DNA of 64,000 bases from Omnitrophica WOR_2 bacterium RIFOXYA2_FULL_38_17 (lineage in GTDB: Bacteria > Omnitrophota > Gorgyraeia > Zapsychrales > Zapsychraceae): NCBI GenBank assembly GCA_001805965.1, contig MHHG01000053.1, positions 1,512 through 65,511 of the forward strand, in the 5' to 3' direction. Made by a program: the position numbers and the translations under genes. Positions 21,037 through 31,820 of the stretch are shown here, piece by piece; positions within the stretch are counted from its first letter, which is position 1, and the number at the start of each line of letters is the position of its first letter. The notes under the pieces are model-generated. The model worked only from the letters and a program-made list of their open reading frames with translations, made no database searches and was not told where the DNA came from.

Positions 21037-22179
21037 TTAAACAGCTGTATTAACGTCAAGGCCCTGTGATTTTTTTGCAATACTCTCCAGCAGCGATTCA
21101 AAAGCATTATTAAAAGCCTTAACCCCATCATCAAGAAGTTTTACACATACTTCATCAACTGAAATACCAAGAGAACCCAAAGATCTTACAACTTCAACTG
21201 ACTCCTTTGCATCATTCACAAATGCCTCTTTTACATCTCCATGATCAATAAATGCATTTAATGTGGCTTCGGGTACTGTATTTACCGTAGGTGCGGATAT
21301 TAATTCTTTAACATACTTAATATCGCAATATTTCGGGTTTTTCGTTCCGGTTGAAGCCCAAAGAACACGCTGGATATTAGCGCCTTTTTGCCCAAGAGCC
21401 TTGAACTCATTTGAAGCAAATAATGCCTTTGCTCTTTCAAAGATCAATCTTGAATTTGCAACTGCAGCTTTTCCCTTTAACGCAACAATCCTATTTTTAG
21501 TATTTGTATCTGTCGCTGAAAGGAGCTTCTCATCCAACAAATTATCAACAGCTGTATCAATTCTGCTAACAAAAACACTTGCAACAGACCTGACCTTACT
21601 GGGATCACGCTTTTTATTGATAAGACTGCTAATTCCTCTCAAATAAGCCTTAGCTACTTCTTCATATTGCCTAAGCGAAAAGATCAGAGTAGCATTAACG
21701 TTGATACCCTCGGATATAAGCGCCTCAATAACTTTATACCCGGCGGCTGTCGAAGGCACCTTTATCATTACATTAGCTTTAGATACTTTATTAAACAGCC
21801 TTTTTCCTTCTTGAATCTGTTCTTCAACTTTATCTGCTAAAAGAGGATTGATCTCGAGGCTGACATATCCGTCAAGGCCATTGGAGTCCTGATGAACTTC
21901 TTTGAATTCAATAGCAGCGCTGGTTATATCGCTAACCGTCAGCTCATCATATATCTCAAAAGTAGACCTTCCCTTATCTTTCAAATCCTTTATCAACAAG
22001 TCATAATCTTCACTTTCACTAATAACTTGATTGAATATCGAAGGATTAGAAGTGACCCCCTTTAATCCTCCTGCTATCATGCCTGTTAACTTTCCTTCTT
22101 CAACTAAAGACCTGTTGATATAATCCAACCAAACACTTTGACCTAAAACGGCTAAATCCTCTAAAATTGTATGCGACAT
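21037..22179 (-). CDS. tal: Transaldolase
   Basis: MSHTILEDLAVLGQSVWLDYI N-terminus, TIM-barrel transaldolase family. Confidence 0.85.
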   Translation of the reverse strand: MSHTILEDLAVLGQSVWLDYINRSLVEEGKLTGMIAGGLKGVTSNPSIFNQVISESEDYDLLIKDLKDKGRSTFEIYDELTVSDITSAAIEFKEVHQDSNGLDGYVSLEINPLLADKVEEQIQEGKRLFNKVSKANVMIKVPSTAAGYKVIEALISEGINVNATLIFSLRQYEEVAKAYLRGISSLINKKRDPSKVRSVASVFVSRIDTAVDNLLDEKLLSATDTNTKNRIVALKGKAAVANSRLIFERAKALFASNEFKALGQKGANIQRVLWASTGTKNPKYCDIKYVKELISAPTVNTVPEATLNAFIDHGDVKEAFVNDAKESVEVVRSLGSLGISVDEVCVKLLDDGVKAFNNAFESLLESIAKKSQGLDVNTAV

Positions 22180-22225
22180 ACAATGTCCTTATTTTTAGTA
22201 TTAAGAATAAATAGCCTTCTTCAAC

Positions 22226-23167
22226 TTACAGTTTCTTAACAACTAACCTCTTAACAGCTTCAGCAATATCTATATCTTTCAAATGATAGTATTTAAGCAG
22301 CTCCTGAGGTGACCCTGATTGCCCAAACGTATCATTAACAGCTATCATTTCCATTGGAACCGGACAATTCTTAACAACAACTTCAGCTACAGCACTCCCT
22401 AATCCACCATACATTTGATGCTCTTCAGCAGTAACAATAGCCCCTGTTTCTTTCGCTGACTGAATTATCATTTCCTCATCAATAGGCTTAATAGTATGCA
22501 TGTTAACGACTTTAATAGTTATCCCGTCCTTCTTTAATATCTCTGCAGCAGAAAGGGCTTCACTTACCATTATTCCGCAAGCAATAACAGTCGCATCTGA
22601 ACCTTTTTGCATAACTGTTGCTTTTCCTATCTCAAAAATATCACCTTCTGCGGTTAGAACTGGAAGAGCTGCTCGGCTGGTACGCATGTACATCGGTCCA
22701 AATTCATTTGCAAATACCCGAGTTGCTTTTGCAGCCTCAACAGAATCAACAGGACAAACAACTTTCATATTAGGCAATACCCTCATTAACGCAAGGTCTT
22801 CAAGACACTGCGCAGATGCTCCGTCTTCACCGACAGTAACACCAGCGTGCGAACAAATGACCTTCACATTACAATTATTATAACAAAGATCCAACCTGAT
22901 CATGTCATATGCACGGTTTGTCATAAAGACCGCGAAAGAATTAGTAAACACTATAAATCCCTGCAGGCTAAGGCCAGCTGCCATGCCGATCATATCCTGC
23001 TCAGCAATTCCAACGGTGAAAAACCTATCAGGAAACGCCTTTTTAAAATAGTCTGCACGAGTTGCATCTTCAAGATCCGCAGAAACAACAACTATTTTTT
23101 CGTTCTCTTCCCCTAATTTAACTAACTCTTTTCCAAAACCATCTCTTGTTGCGATCAGATCAGCCAT
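22226..23167 (-). CDS. tktB: Transketolase, C-terminal (Pyr/C-terminal domain) subunit
   Basis: Typical split-transketolase subunit of 313 aa. Confidence 0.9.
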   Translation of the reverse strand: MADLIATRDGFGKELVKLGEENEKIVVVSADLEDATRADYFKKAFPDRFFTVGIAEQDMIGMAAGLSLQGFIVFTNSFAVFMTNRAYDMIRLDLCYNNCNVKVICSHAGVTVGEDGASAQCLEDLALMRVLPNMKVVCPVDSVEAAKATRVFANEFGPMYMRTSRAALPVLTAEGDIFEIGKATVMQKGSDATVIACGIMVSEALSAAEILKKDGITIKVVNMHTIKPIDEEMIIQSAKETGAIVTAEEHQMYGGLGSAVAEVVVKNCPVPMEMIAVNDTFGQSGSPQELLKYYHLKDIDIAEAVKRLVVKKL

Positions 23168-23169
23168 TA

Positions 23170-24009
23170 TTATTCCCCTCCCAATTCAGCCAAAGCCTCT
23201 TTAAGTTGTTCATTATTAGGTGCTTTACCATGCCATTTCGCTTCACCTTCCATAAAAGAAATACCTTTTCCTTTTATCGTATGAGCAATAATAACAAATG
23301 GTTTACCTTTTTTTGTTCCAAATTGCGCAAAAGCCTCATGCAAGCTCTTTAAGTTGTGGCCTATTACTTCAACCGCATGCCATCCAAAGCTTCTCCATTT
23401 ATCCGCCAATGGCTCAAGATCCTTGATCTCATTTATAGGACCATTTTCCTGGATCTTGTTATAATCAACTATCGCACAAACATTATCAAGCTTGTAATGA
23501 GAAGCTGACATAGCTGCCTCCCAAACTGACCCTTCCTGAATTTCACCATCACCCATAAGACAATATGCCTTAAAATTTTTATTCAAAAGCCTCGCGCCCA
23601 AGGCAATCCCATTTGCCACTGATAGGCCATGGCCTAATGAACCCGTATTAAATTCTACACCTGGTACCTTTTTATGAACATGTCCCTGAAGTATCCCGCC
23701 AAATTTTCTATACAATTTGTACTCTTCTTTACTAAAGAACCCGTAATTTGCCAATACAGCGTAAACAGCCGGCGTAATATGTCCTTTAGAAACAATCAGA
23801 CGGTCTCTTTCTGCCCAATCAGGTTCATTTGGCTTCACATTCATCTGGTATTCATAAAGGCTTAATAATATCTCAACAGCTGATAACGACCCGCCAGGAT
23901 GACCGCAACCTGCAGAGTTTGTTAAATTAAGGATATCTTTTCTTACCTGATTAGCTTTAACTTTAATTGCTTCAAAATTTGGTATTTCAGACACAACTCC
24001 TCCTAACAA
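23170..24009 (-). CDS. tktA: Transketolase, N-terminal (TPP-binding) subunit
   Basis: GHPGGSLS and GDGE TPP motifs. 3-nt gap to the C-terminal subunit gene. Confidence 0.9.
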   Translation of the reverse strand: MLGGVVSEIPNFEAIKVKANQVRKDILNLTNSAGCGHPGGSLSAVEILLSLYEYQMNVKPNEPDWAERDRLIVSKGHITPAVYAVLANYGFFSKEEYKLYRKFGGILQGHVHKKVPGVEFNTGSLGHGLSVANGIALGARLLNKNFKAYCLMGDGEIQEGSVWEAAMSASHYKLDNVCAIVDYNKIQENGPINEIKDLEPLADKWRSFGWHAVEVIGHNLKSLHEAFAQFGTKKGKPFVIIAHTIKGKGISFMEGEAKWHGKAPNNEQLKEALAELGGE

Positions 24010-24119
24010 GTTTCATATTTTATAATTTTTTATACTGTAGATTGTACGTTTTAAAAAATTGGTTTGTAATGCTAAATATTTGCATCAAATTAATAGAAGA
24101 TTATTATGATGAAATTTTA

Positions 24120-24192
24120 TGGGCCATGCAGGAATCGAACCTGCTACCCACTGATTAAGAGTCAGTTGCTCTACCATGTGAGCTAATGGCCC
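24120..24192 (-). tRNA. tRNA-Lys (anticodon CTT)
   Basis: I folded it by hand: acceptor GGGCCAT/ATGGCCC, D arm GCTC-ACATGGTA-GAGC, anticodon arm ACTGA-CTCTTAA-TCAGT, T arm GCAGG-TTCGATT-CCTGC, discriminator A. 73 nt. Confidence 0.85.
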
Positions 24193-24435
24193 AAAATTAA
24201 AACCGTACCGATCAAATTTTTTGGAGTACTTGTCCTATGAGTATCGAAAGGACTATAAGTTACAATAATGAATTATTGTATTAAGAATTATAATAAATTC
24301 GATTTGTCTCTAAGGCTAAATCAGATGTATTTATATCAGACTTTAAATACAGTGTAAAGTAATAATGTGAAATTTTTAGGCATTTCCTGCAAAGTCCGAC
24401 AAAACAACCACCAGTTTAGGCCGCAAAACATTATG

Positions 24436-24494
24436 AGCATATGCTTATCCCAAGACATTGGTTTTACCTCTTCCCCTTATGAGCATTTGCTCAT
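24436..24494. promoter_or_regulatory. Pair of related palindromes, TTATGAGCATATGCTTAT and ATGAGCATTTGCTCAT, 46 bp apart in a long leader
   Basis: 10-bp perfect palindrome AGCATATGCT and a 7-2-7 inverted repeat, 280-340 nt upstream of the 24775 membrane-protein gene. Confidence 0.3.
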
Positions 24495-24774
24495 TTGTGC
24501 CCAAGCCATTGTCTCGTCGGCAAACAGCTATTCTTGGGATCTGGCCCTTCTGCTGCCCCCACCCCTTAAAACCACTGCCCTACTCACTAAAAGAACTTAT
24601 CCCTAAGATCTCAGGATCAAAATCGATACCACAAACCTTTTCATCGCTATCATCAGCCCCTGATTCCCCCAAAACATATTTATAACGCCAATCAACTTCT
24701 TGATCAACAGCCTGACTTAACAGTTCGACCACTTTTGATCACTCGGAATTTCGTTCAATTTAAAGAGGTTTCAT

Positions 24775-26406
24775 TTGACACAATATTCCCATGATAGTAG
24801 TATATTGACCATAATGAAAATCCTTAGAATAATTGTTATAACACTATTAACCTTGTCAGCTATTATCATCGTTCGTAACGCATGGCTTTGCGATGATGCC
24901 TACATAACCTTTAGGGTAGTGGATAATTTCATAAATGGTTACGGCCTCAGGTGGAATGTTGCAGAAAGAGTACAAGTATATACCCACCCTCTCTGGATGC
25001 TCCTATTATCATCTTTCTATTTTTTTACACGAGAGATATTTTTTACAAGCAATGCAATATCTGTAATCTTATCTCTGCTAGCTATAACATTAACCGCTTT
25101 TAAGCTCTCTAAAGACCATAGAAATGCGATTCTTGCAATAACAATACTGTGCATGTCCAAGGCCTTTATAGATTATTCTGCATCCGGGCTTGAAAACCCC
25201 TTAACACATTTATTATTAGCACTCTTTTTTATTGCATTTTTAAAGCCTGATACCTCAAGAAGGAAATTATTGGCATTATCTCTTTTCACATCCCTTGGCA
25301 TCCTAAACCGCATGGATACACTGCTACTTTTTGGGCCTTCTCTGTGCTATGCAATATTTGAGTATTTAATAACCTCATCTGACGTTAACCTGAGATCAAG
25401 ACTGATAAAAACTTTTTTCTCCTTATTGACCGGGTTCTTACCTTTTATCCTTTGGGAGGCTTTTTCAGTATTTTACTACGGATTCCCTTTTCCAAACACA
25501 GCATACGCAAAGTTAAATACCGGAATCCCAGCCATTATCTTGGTAAAGCAGGGACTTTATTATTTAATAGGTTCGCTCCCTAAAAAAACTGACCTTGTGA
25601 CACCTACTGTCATCTTATCAGGGACCGTTCTTGCAGTTTTCTCAAAAAGCAACCGAAACAAATCCATTGCAGCAGGTATTTTACTGTATGTTCTCTACAT
25701 AGTAAAAATAGGTGGCGATTTTATGATGAGCAGATTTCTTGCTGCGCCTCTTTTGTGCTCGGTTGTCATAATCAGCAGAAATAAAATTTTCAATAAATAC
25801 AAAATACTTGTTCCGGCGCTCGTTTCTATTATCATTCTTGGATCCCTGTCACCATTCAATCCTGTTCTTTCAGGCATTAATTATGAGAACACGAATGATA
25901 ATGTTTTTGTTTACAACAAAGGCATTTCTGACGAGCGCGGGTTCTATTACAAGCATTCCAGCCTTCTTAAAGCGCTAAAGGGTGAAAAAATGCCGGCTCA
26001 CCAATGGGTTGACCAGGGCATTGAGCTTAGAGAGAAGAGACCTTTTTCTCTTATTTACTACACTAGCGTAGGCTATTTAGGTTTTTTTGCAGGGCCGCAC
26101 ACAAGCATTATAGATGCTGTCGCACTTTGCGATCCCTTGCTTGCAAGGCTACCTGTGCCAAAGAAAAAATACTGGAGAATCGGGCACTTTGAAAGGATAA
26201 TTCCTTACGGTTATACAGGGAGCATGCATATTGCACAAAGCCAGTTCAAGGATAAAGACCTAGAAAAGTATTATTACAAGTTATCTCTAATAATAAGTGG
26301 GGATCTGTTAGATAAAAACAGATTTGTGGAGATCTGGAAGATGAATACGGGACAGTACAGGCATCTCCTTGAAAACTACAAAAGAGATATCAGCGATAAG
26401 AACTAA
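24775..26406 (+). CDS. Polytopic membrane protein, probable GT-C-fold glycosyltransferase
   Basis: About 12 TM segments. First-loop acidic motif WLCDDAYITFR after TM1, as in GT-C enzymes. Confidence 0.5.
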   Translation: MTQYSHDSSILTIMKILRIIVITLLTLSAIIIVRNAWLCDDAYITFRVVDNFINGYGLRWNVAERVQVYTHPLWMLLLSSFYFFTREIFFTSNAISVILSLLAITLTAFKLSKDHRNAILAITILCMSKAFIDYSASGLENPLTHLLLALFFIAFLKPDTSRRKLLALSLFTSLGILNRMDTLLLFGPSLCYAIFEYLITSSDVNLRSRLIKTFFSLLTGFLPFILWEAFSVFYYGFPFPNTAYAKLNTGIPAIILVKQGLYYLIGSLPKKTDLVTPTVILSGTVLAVFSKSNRNKSIAAGILLYVLYIVKIGGDFMMSRFLAAPLLCSVVIISRNKIFNKYKILVPALVSIIILGSLSPFNPVLSGINYENTNDNVFVYNKGISDERGFYYKHSSLLKALKGEKMPAHQWVDQGIELREKRPFSLIYYTSVGYLGFFAGPHTSIIDAVALCDPLLARLPVPKKKYWRIGHFERIIPYGYTGSMHIAQSQFKDKDLEKYYYKLSLIISGDLLDKNRFVEIWKMNTGQYRHLLENYKRDISDKN

Positions 26407-26420
26407 CGCCCATCAAAACC

Positions 26421-27743
26421 TTAAAGCGCCTCTACTGCAACTGAAGCAAGCTCTGACCTTTCGCTTTTCGACAATAGCATTGATCCAAAAATAGGATAGG
26501 CCTTCAGCCTGTCAACCGTATAAGATAATCCGTTGGAATTAGCATCTAGGTATGGATTATCTATCTGATCAGGGTCACCGGTTAAAACAATTTTAGTGCC
26601 CTCCCCTGCACGGGAAATAATCGTCTTAATTTCATGTGGCGTTAGATTCTGCGCTTCATCAACTATCAGGAACTGATTTGGTATACTTCTCCCCCGAATA
26701 TAAGTAAGGGCCTCTACTTCAATTATGTCTGACTTCATCATATTATCAACAGTAAGGTCGCTTGTTGAAACACCATTGGTCTTTGAAGATATAGACCTTT
26801 TCATAATAAATTCCAAATTGTCAAATATTGGCTGCATCCAGTAATTCAATTTTTTCTCTTTGCTCCCTGGCAAATAACCGATATCTTTTCCAAGCGGGAC
26901 GATAGGCCTGACTATGAGAAGCTTCTCATAAATACTGTTTTCACCTATGGTCTTCAAAAGCGCTGCAGCGATCGCCATAAGCGTTTTCCCCGTACCTGCC
27001 TGGCCAACCAGGGCTACCAGCTTGATCCTATCATCAAGCAAAAGGTCAAAAGCAAACCTTTGCTCAACATTTAGAGGGGAAATACCCATAGCACAGCATT
27101 TTTGTTCTACTGCAACTATGCTCTTTTCCTCATCAGAATACTTACCTATCGCATCATATCCAGGCTCATCTTCTGCCTGAACAAGGGCATACTCATTAGA
27201 AAGAAATGATTTTTCAGGGACAACCAATGGCACCCCTTTTTGAAGCTTAGCAACATCGTGCCTTGAAACTGACATTTTTTTCCAGCCTCTGTACAATTTG
27301 CCGTATTCAACCTTCTGGTTTTCATAATCAACCGCACTGATCCCAATGGCTTCAGCCTTGATCCTAACGTTCACATCCTTTGAAACAAAATACACTTTGT
27401 TCCCTTCTACTTGGAGCTTCCAAGCTACGCCCAAGATCCTATTGTCGTGCAGATCAGTATCAAGGTCCAGCGGAAGGCCTAGGTCCTTAACGTTCACATA
27501 AAGGATCAAAGTCCCTCCATTTATCATTTTTGCCCCTTTTTTCAGAGCACCTTTCTTTATAAGGGAATCTATCTCGCGCAGCACCTGCCTTGCATGCATA
27601 CCTTTTTTATCGGCGCTAGACTTAAAACCGTCAAGCTCTTCGATTACCGTAATTGGGATAATTACAATATTATCCGCAAATGAATAGATAGATTGTGGAT
27701 TGTGAATAAGTACATTTGTATCTAGAACAAAATGCTTTTCCAT
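26421..27743 (-). CDS. PIN-domain plus PhoH-like ATPase (YlaK family)
   Basis: N-terminal PIN (LDTNVLIH) and P-loop LVGQAGTGKT. Confidence 0.85.
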   Translation of the reverse strand: MEKHFVLDTNVLIHNPQSIYSFADNIVIIPITVIEELDGFKSSADKKGMHARQVLREIDSLIKKGALKKGAKMINGGTLILYVNVKDLGLPLDLDTDLHDNRILGVAWKLQVEGNKVYFVSKDVNVRIKAEAIGISAVDYENQKVEYGKLYRGWKKMSVSRHDVAKLQKGVPLVVPEKSFLSNEYALVQAEDEPGYDAIGKYSDEEKSIVAVEQKCCAMGISPLNVEQRFAFDLLLDDRIKLVALVGQAGTGKTLMAIAAALLKTIGENSIYEKLLIVRPIVPLGKDIGYLPGSKEKKLNYWMQPIFDNLEFIMKRSISSKTNGVSTSDLTVDNMMKSDIIEVEALTYIRGRSIPNQFLIVDEAQNLTPHEIKTIISRAGEGTKIVLTGDPDQIDNPYLDANSNGLSYTVDRLKAYPIFGSMLLSKSERSELASVAVEAL

Positions 27744-27782
27744 AAAAATACCTCCTGGCCATAGAGAGAAGAAACAAAGAAT

Positions 27783-29744
27783 TTATTTTTTATAATTATT
27801 GTTTGCCTCATAACTCTTTACTGCAATTTCCCTCATCATCCTGGCTTTCTCAAAACCAGGTTCCAATCTAAGTGCATGGTCAAACTCACGAACCGCAAGT
27901 TTAAATTCACCTAACTTCCCCAAAATCACGCCTCTCCAATAGAATGCCTTTTCATTTTTAGGGTCGATCCTAACAGCCTCGTTCAGATCATCTATTGCTT
28001 CCTTATACTGGCCCTTTGCACGATAAACCAAAGCCCTGTTCAAATATCCAAAGCCAAGATCAGGATTTATATCAATCACCTTGTTGAAATCCTTCAAGGC
28101 CAGATCATATTCGTTTAACTGCAAGTAAAGCGTCCCTCTGTTATTATATGCTCTAAGGTATTTTGGCTTCAGCTTTATTACATTTTTATAATCATCAAAA
28201 GCCTCATCATATTTTCCCGTCGCCATAAAAATATTGCCTCTATGAAAATAGGTTATATATGCCTGGGGAAAAGACCCATCTATGTCTAAAGCCATCTGAA
28301 AGTCTTTAAGCGCTTCATCAAACTTCTGCCTCTTGCTAAAAATTATCCCTCTATTTGTATATGCATAGCTGCTCGGAACTATCTCAATTGCTTTCTCAAT
28401 ATACATAAGGGCTTTATTCAGCTCATTATTTGCCAGATATGCTTTACCTAAATTTAAATTAGGCCTATATTTATTTGGTGATTTGCTACAAGCATCCTCC
28501 CATAAAGATATTTCGGTGCGCCAGACGTTATTACGGGCATAGGTCGTTACAGACAAGACCGCAACAATGACTGTTGTAACAGCCATTAACTTCTCTCTAT
28601 CCTTGATCGATCGCGATAGCCAGAAAGCTATTGCTATAAAGATCCCAACAGAAGGCAAATAAAGCTTATGCTCAAAGATCACATGACTCCTAGGGATCAA
28701 TTCACATGACAAAGTAATAATAATCCAAAAGACAGCAAAAGCAAAAACAGGATAAACACGCCTGATCCTATAAGCAAAAAACATAACCGTCATCAGCATG
28801 AAATAGCTAAACATAACTGCCGGCTCAAAAACATTAGAAGACAAGGCAAGATCATAATCAATATTCTGATTTATCGGAAAAAATACCAGCCTTAAGTAAA
28901 TGGCCCAGACTTTTAACTGAGTGATCAAATACTTCCCCAGGGTAATAATATCCCCGTCATGTGATCCGGACATCTTCTGACCCAGAAAAATGTTCGAGAT
29001 ATTAAAAGAAAATAAAAATGGAGATATAAAGCCTATGAATATAAAGCAAAACAACAAAAGCTTAAATATGGAAATCCCGGGACTATTTCCCTGCTCCCTT
29101 TTTGAAGCCAATAGTAATCTTTCTATCAATAAAATAGCCAAAGGAAGAGTTATAACTATCTCTTTTGTAAATAATCCAAATATCGCAGCAACAAGGGCAG
29201 CAACAGCATATCTGACATCAAATTTATTTCTTGATACAGAAAGCCTCGATTTCAAATAGAAACAAACGCTGGCAAGATAAAACATAGCAGCCATCGATGC
29301 GAATCGCTGAGTTATATACGTTACTGCCTGGGTCTGAACAGGATGGCTAACAAATAACAGCGCTGCAAAAAATCCGATATATTGTCCATCATCGTTGGCC
29401 TTCATTGTTTTCAGCCAGGGTGTTGAATAAACAAGAACTACTAACCACCACACAAGCAAAGCCGAGATTAAATGAATGCCCAAATTAAAAACATGATATC
29501 CAAGAACATTCAATTTTCCAAAATGATAATTTAAAGCAAAGGATAAAAAAGAGATAAAACGGGTAGGAGCAATGGTCCTTGAATAAGCGGCTATTTCATC
29601 AAAACTCCTAATATGCTCATTATTAACAATGAACTCAATATCGTCTAATTGGAATTCGGATCTTAGAGTATTGGAATATATTACGAGGCCAAGAAAGATC
29701 AGTATGGCTAACCTTGTTAGCAGATTTTTATCCTTTAAATTCAT
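27783..29744 (-). CDS. TMTC-like protein: N-terminal DUF1736/PMT_2 membrane domain plus C-terminal TPR repeats
   Basis: LDDIEF motif after TM1, about 10 TM segments, then at least 6 TPR repeats. Confidence 0.7.
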   Translation of the reverse strand: MNLKDKNLLTRLAILIFLGLVIYSNTLRSEFQLDDIEFIVNNEHIRSFDEIAAYSRTIAPTRFISFLSFALNYHFGKLNVLGYHVFNLGIHLISALLVWWLVVLVYSTPWLKTMKANDDGQYIGFFAALLFVSHPVQTQAVTYITQRFASMAAMFYLASVCFYLKSRLSVSRNKFDVRYAVAALVAAIFGLFTKEIVITLPLAILLIERLLLASKREQGNSPGISIFKLLLFCFIFIGFISPFLFSFNISNIFLGQKMSGSHDGDIITLGKYLITQLKVWAIYLRLVFFPINQNIDYDLALSSNVFEPAVMFSYFMLMTVMFFAYRIRRVYPVFAFAVFWIIITLSCELIPRSHVIFEHKLYLPSVGIFIAIAFWLSRSIKDREKLMAVTTVIVAVLSVTTYARNNVWRTEISLWEDACSKSPNKYRPNLNLGKAYLANNELNKALMYIEKAIEIVPSSYAYTNRGIIFSKRQKFDEALKDFQMALDIDGSFPQAYITYFHRGNIFMATGKYDEAFDDYKNVIKLKPKYLRAYNNRGTLYLQLNEYDLALKDFNKVIDINPDLGFGYLNRALVYRAKGQYKEAIDDLNEAVRIDPKNEKAFYWRGVILGKLGEFKLAVREFDHALRLEPGFEKARMMREIAVKSYEANNNYKK

Positions 29745-29750
29745 TTAGAC

Positions 29751-30614
29751 CTATCCGTAAAAAGAGATAATAAAAACCCCTATTATCATCACGATAACAC
29801 CAATTATTCTTTCTTTAAAATCTTTTTCTTTAAAAATCCAGAAACCAAACAAACTGCTCATCACGACGCTTGTTCTCTTTATTGCTATAACATACGGGAC
29901 TATTGTCATTTTAATTGCATTCATTTGGCTAAAGAATGCGACCGTCGTACAAATACCCATTAACAACATATAGGGCCAACCAAACTTGAACTGGGAAATA
30001 ATATTCTTTGACTTCTTTAAAACTATAATTAATAACACTAGGGAAACACAAGAATTCGCCGCGCACAAATAAGCGAACATAGAGTACTTAACAACCGCCA
30101 TTTTATCAAAGTTTGCACCAACGCTATAAAGGACAGCAACAACAAGCATGTACCTTGGGCCTTTTTCCCTCAACAAACTTTTAAAAGGCTCAAAATATCC
30201 TATTTTTCGATCTGAAAAATTAATAACATAGGCACCAGCAACAATTAAAATGATCCCTAAAAGCCCAACAGGCCGGGGAAATTCACCCAACATAATCGGC
30301 GATGTAATAAGAAGAAAAACCGGAGTGAAAGTGAGCATCGGCATAGATATCGACATATCAGATAACTTAATTGCCTTAAAGAAACAAACTGATGCAATAG
30401 TCAAAATGATCGTTACTGAACCAACATAAAACCAAAACAGATAATCAAGTTTTGGCCTGCCTTCAATAAACAACATTAAATACATAAATGGCAAAGTAAA
30501 AACCATCCAACCCAAAGCAGCTATTTCAGGATCCAACTTTTTGATTATTTTTCTCCCAAAAACATCTTTTAGGGAAGTAAATATCGCTGTTATTAATGCT
30601 AATATGACCCACAT
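29751..30614 (-). CDS. EamA/DMT-family transporter
   Basis: 10-TM duplicated EamA architecture. Confidence 0.7.
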   Translation of the reverse strand: MWVILALITAIFTSLKDVFGRKIIKKLDPEIAALGWMVFTLPFMYLMLFIEGRPKLDYLFWFYVGSVTIILTIASVCFFKAIKLSDMSISMPMLTFTPVFLLITSPIMLGEFPRPVGLLGIILIVAGAYVINFSDRKIGYFEPFKSLLREKGPRYMLVVAVLYSVGANFDKMAVVKYSMFAYLCAANSCVSLVLLIIVLKKSKNIISQFKFGWPYMLLMGICTTVAFFSQMNAIKMTIVPYVIAIKRTSVVMSSLFGFWIFKEKDFKERIIGVIVMIIGVFIISFYG

Positions 30615-30634
30615 AACTGATTCCTATTAAATGA

Positions 30635-31384
30635 TTAATTTTCTATCATTGGAACAAACCGGACGGGGATAAGTGATTTTTTTTGAATACCAGAACTTGT
30701 TTTGGTTATAAGCACCAGTTCCTGATCAAAAGAGCCTATGGGAACTATCATCCTGCCACCTTCCTTTAATTGTTCAACAAGAATTCTTGGTATTTGTGGT
30801 GGTGCAGCTGTGACAATAATGGCATCATAAGGCGCATGTTCTTCCCACCCCTGATACCCGTCGCCGCATTTAACTGAGACATTTTTGTATTTCAATTTAT
30901 TTAATAATTTTTCAGAGCTGCTACATAACTCATCGAGGATCTCAATTGTATAAACCGCATCAGCAAGCTCAGCAAGAACTGCCGCCTGATAACCTGAGCC
31001 TGTCCCGATCTCAAGAACTTTATCAAGCTTATCTAAATTTAGCTGTTCTGTCATATATGCAACAATATACGGCTGCGATATTGTTTGGCCATATCCGATC
31101 GGAAGAGGGTAATCTTCATAAGCAAATGGCCGCTGTTCTTCAGGAACAAAGAGATGTCGGTCCACTTTAAGCATGGCTTTTAAAACTTTACTATCCTTGA
31201 CGCCTCTGTTAGCAATTTGCTTTTCAACCATTGCCTCTTTTTTTAAAATATAATCATGCATTTTTGAGGTATCCGTAAAAACTATTTTATCAATAAAATC
31301 TTTTTCATATAAATGCGTACTGGCCTGATAAAAACCTATTATTAAAATAATGACAAATAATATAATTATAGAAACTCTTAGCAT
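30635..31384 (-). CDS. pcm: Protein-L-isoaspartate O-methyltransferase with an N-terminal membrane anchor or signal
   Basis: VLEIGTGSGYQAAVLAEL SAM motif and QTISQPY motif. Confidence 0.85.
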   Translation of the reverse strand: MLRVSIIILFVIILIIGFYQASTHLYEKDFIDKIVFTDTSKMHDYILKKEAMVEKQIANRGVKDSKVLKAMLKVDRHLFVPEEQRPFAYEDYPLPIGYGQTISQPYIVAYMTEQLNLDKLDKVLEIGTGSGYQAAVLAELADAVYTIEILDELCSSSEKLLNKLKYKNVSVKCGDGYQGWEEHAPYDAIIVTAAPPQIPRILVEQLKEGGRMIVPIGSFDQELVLITKTSSGIQKKSLIPVRFVPMIEN

Positions 31385-31420
31385 GAATTTTTTTACTAAT
31401 TTCCGATAAACTTACTTTTT

Positions 31421-31795
31421 CTAAATATTTTTACCAAATAAAACACCTAATCGAAGCACAAAAAAACCAACTATTAAACTTATAAATACATTTAAAAAAG
31501 CCCTGCTTGTTTCACCTTCCTTCATAAGGTCAGCAGTTTCCAGGATAAAAGCTGAAAATGTAGTAAATGCTCCCAAAAAGCCTACTATTAAAAGCAGCTT
31601 TAAATTTGGTGTTAAGCAATATTTAACTTCAGATAAGTTTGCAAGAACGCCAACAATAAAACACCCCAATAAATTGACAATCATGGTACCGTAAGGAAAA
31701 TCTGATCCAGCAGATTTTAAGATCATCGTTGACAATAAAGACCTTGATACTGTACCAAATGCCCCGCCAACACATAACAAAAGAATTTTTATCAT
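31421..31795 (-). CDS. crcB: Fluoride channel CrcB/FluC
   Basis: GGAFGTVSR and GFLGAFTTFSAF motifs, 124 aa. Confidence 0.85.
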   Translation of the reverse strand: MIKILLLCVGGAFGTVSRSLLSTMILKSAGSDFPYGTMIVNLLGCFIVGVLANLSEVKYCLTPNLKLLLIVGFLGAFTTFSAFILETADLMKEGETSRAFLNVFISLIVGFFVLRLGVLFGKNI

Positions 31796-31820
31796 AGAAT
31801 TTTTCCTCTCTAAAATAATA

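Noticed and set aside
24360-24760. Possible RNase P RNA or tmRNA next to the tRNA
   Set aside because: A GCAAAGTCCGAC stretch resembles the P4 GGAAAGTCCGGGC motif, but the partner ACAGAACCCGGCTTA element and the tmRNA tRNA-like ends are absent.
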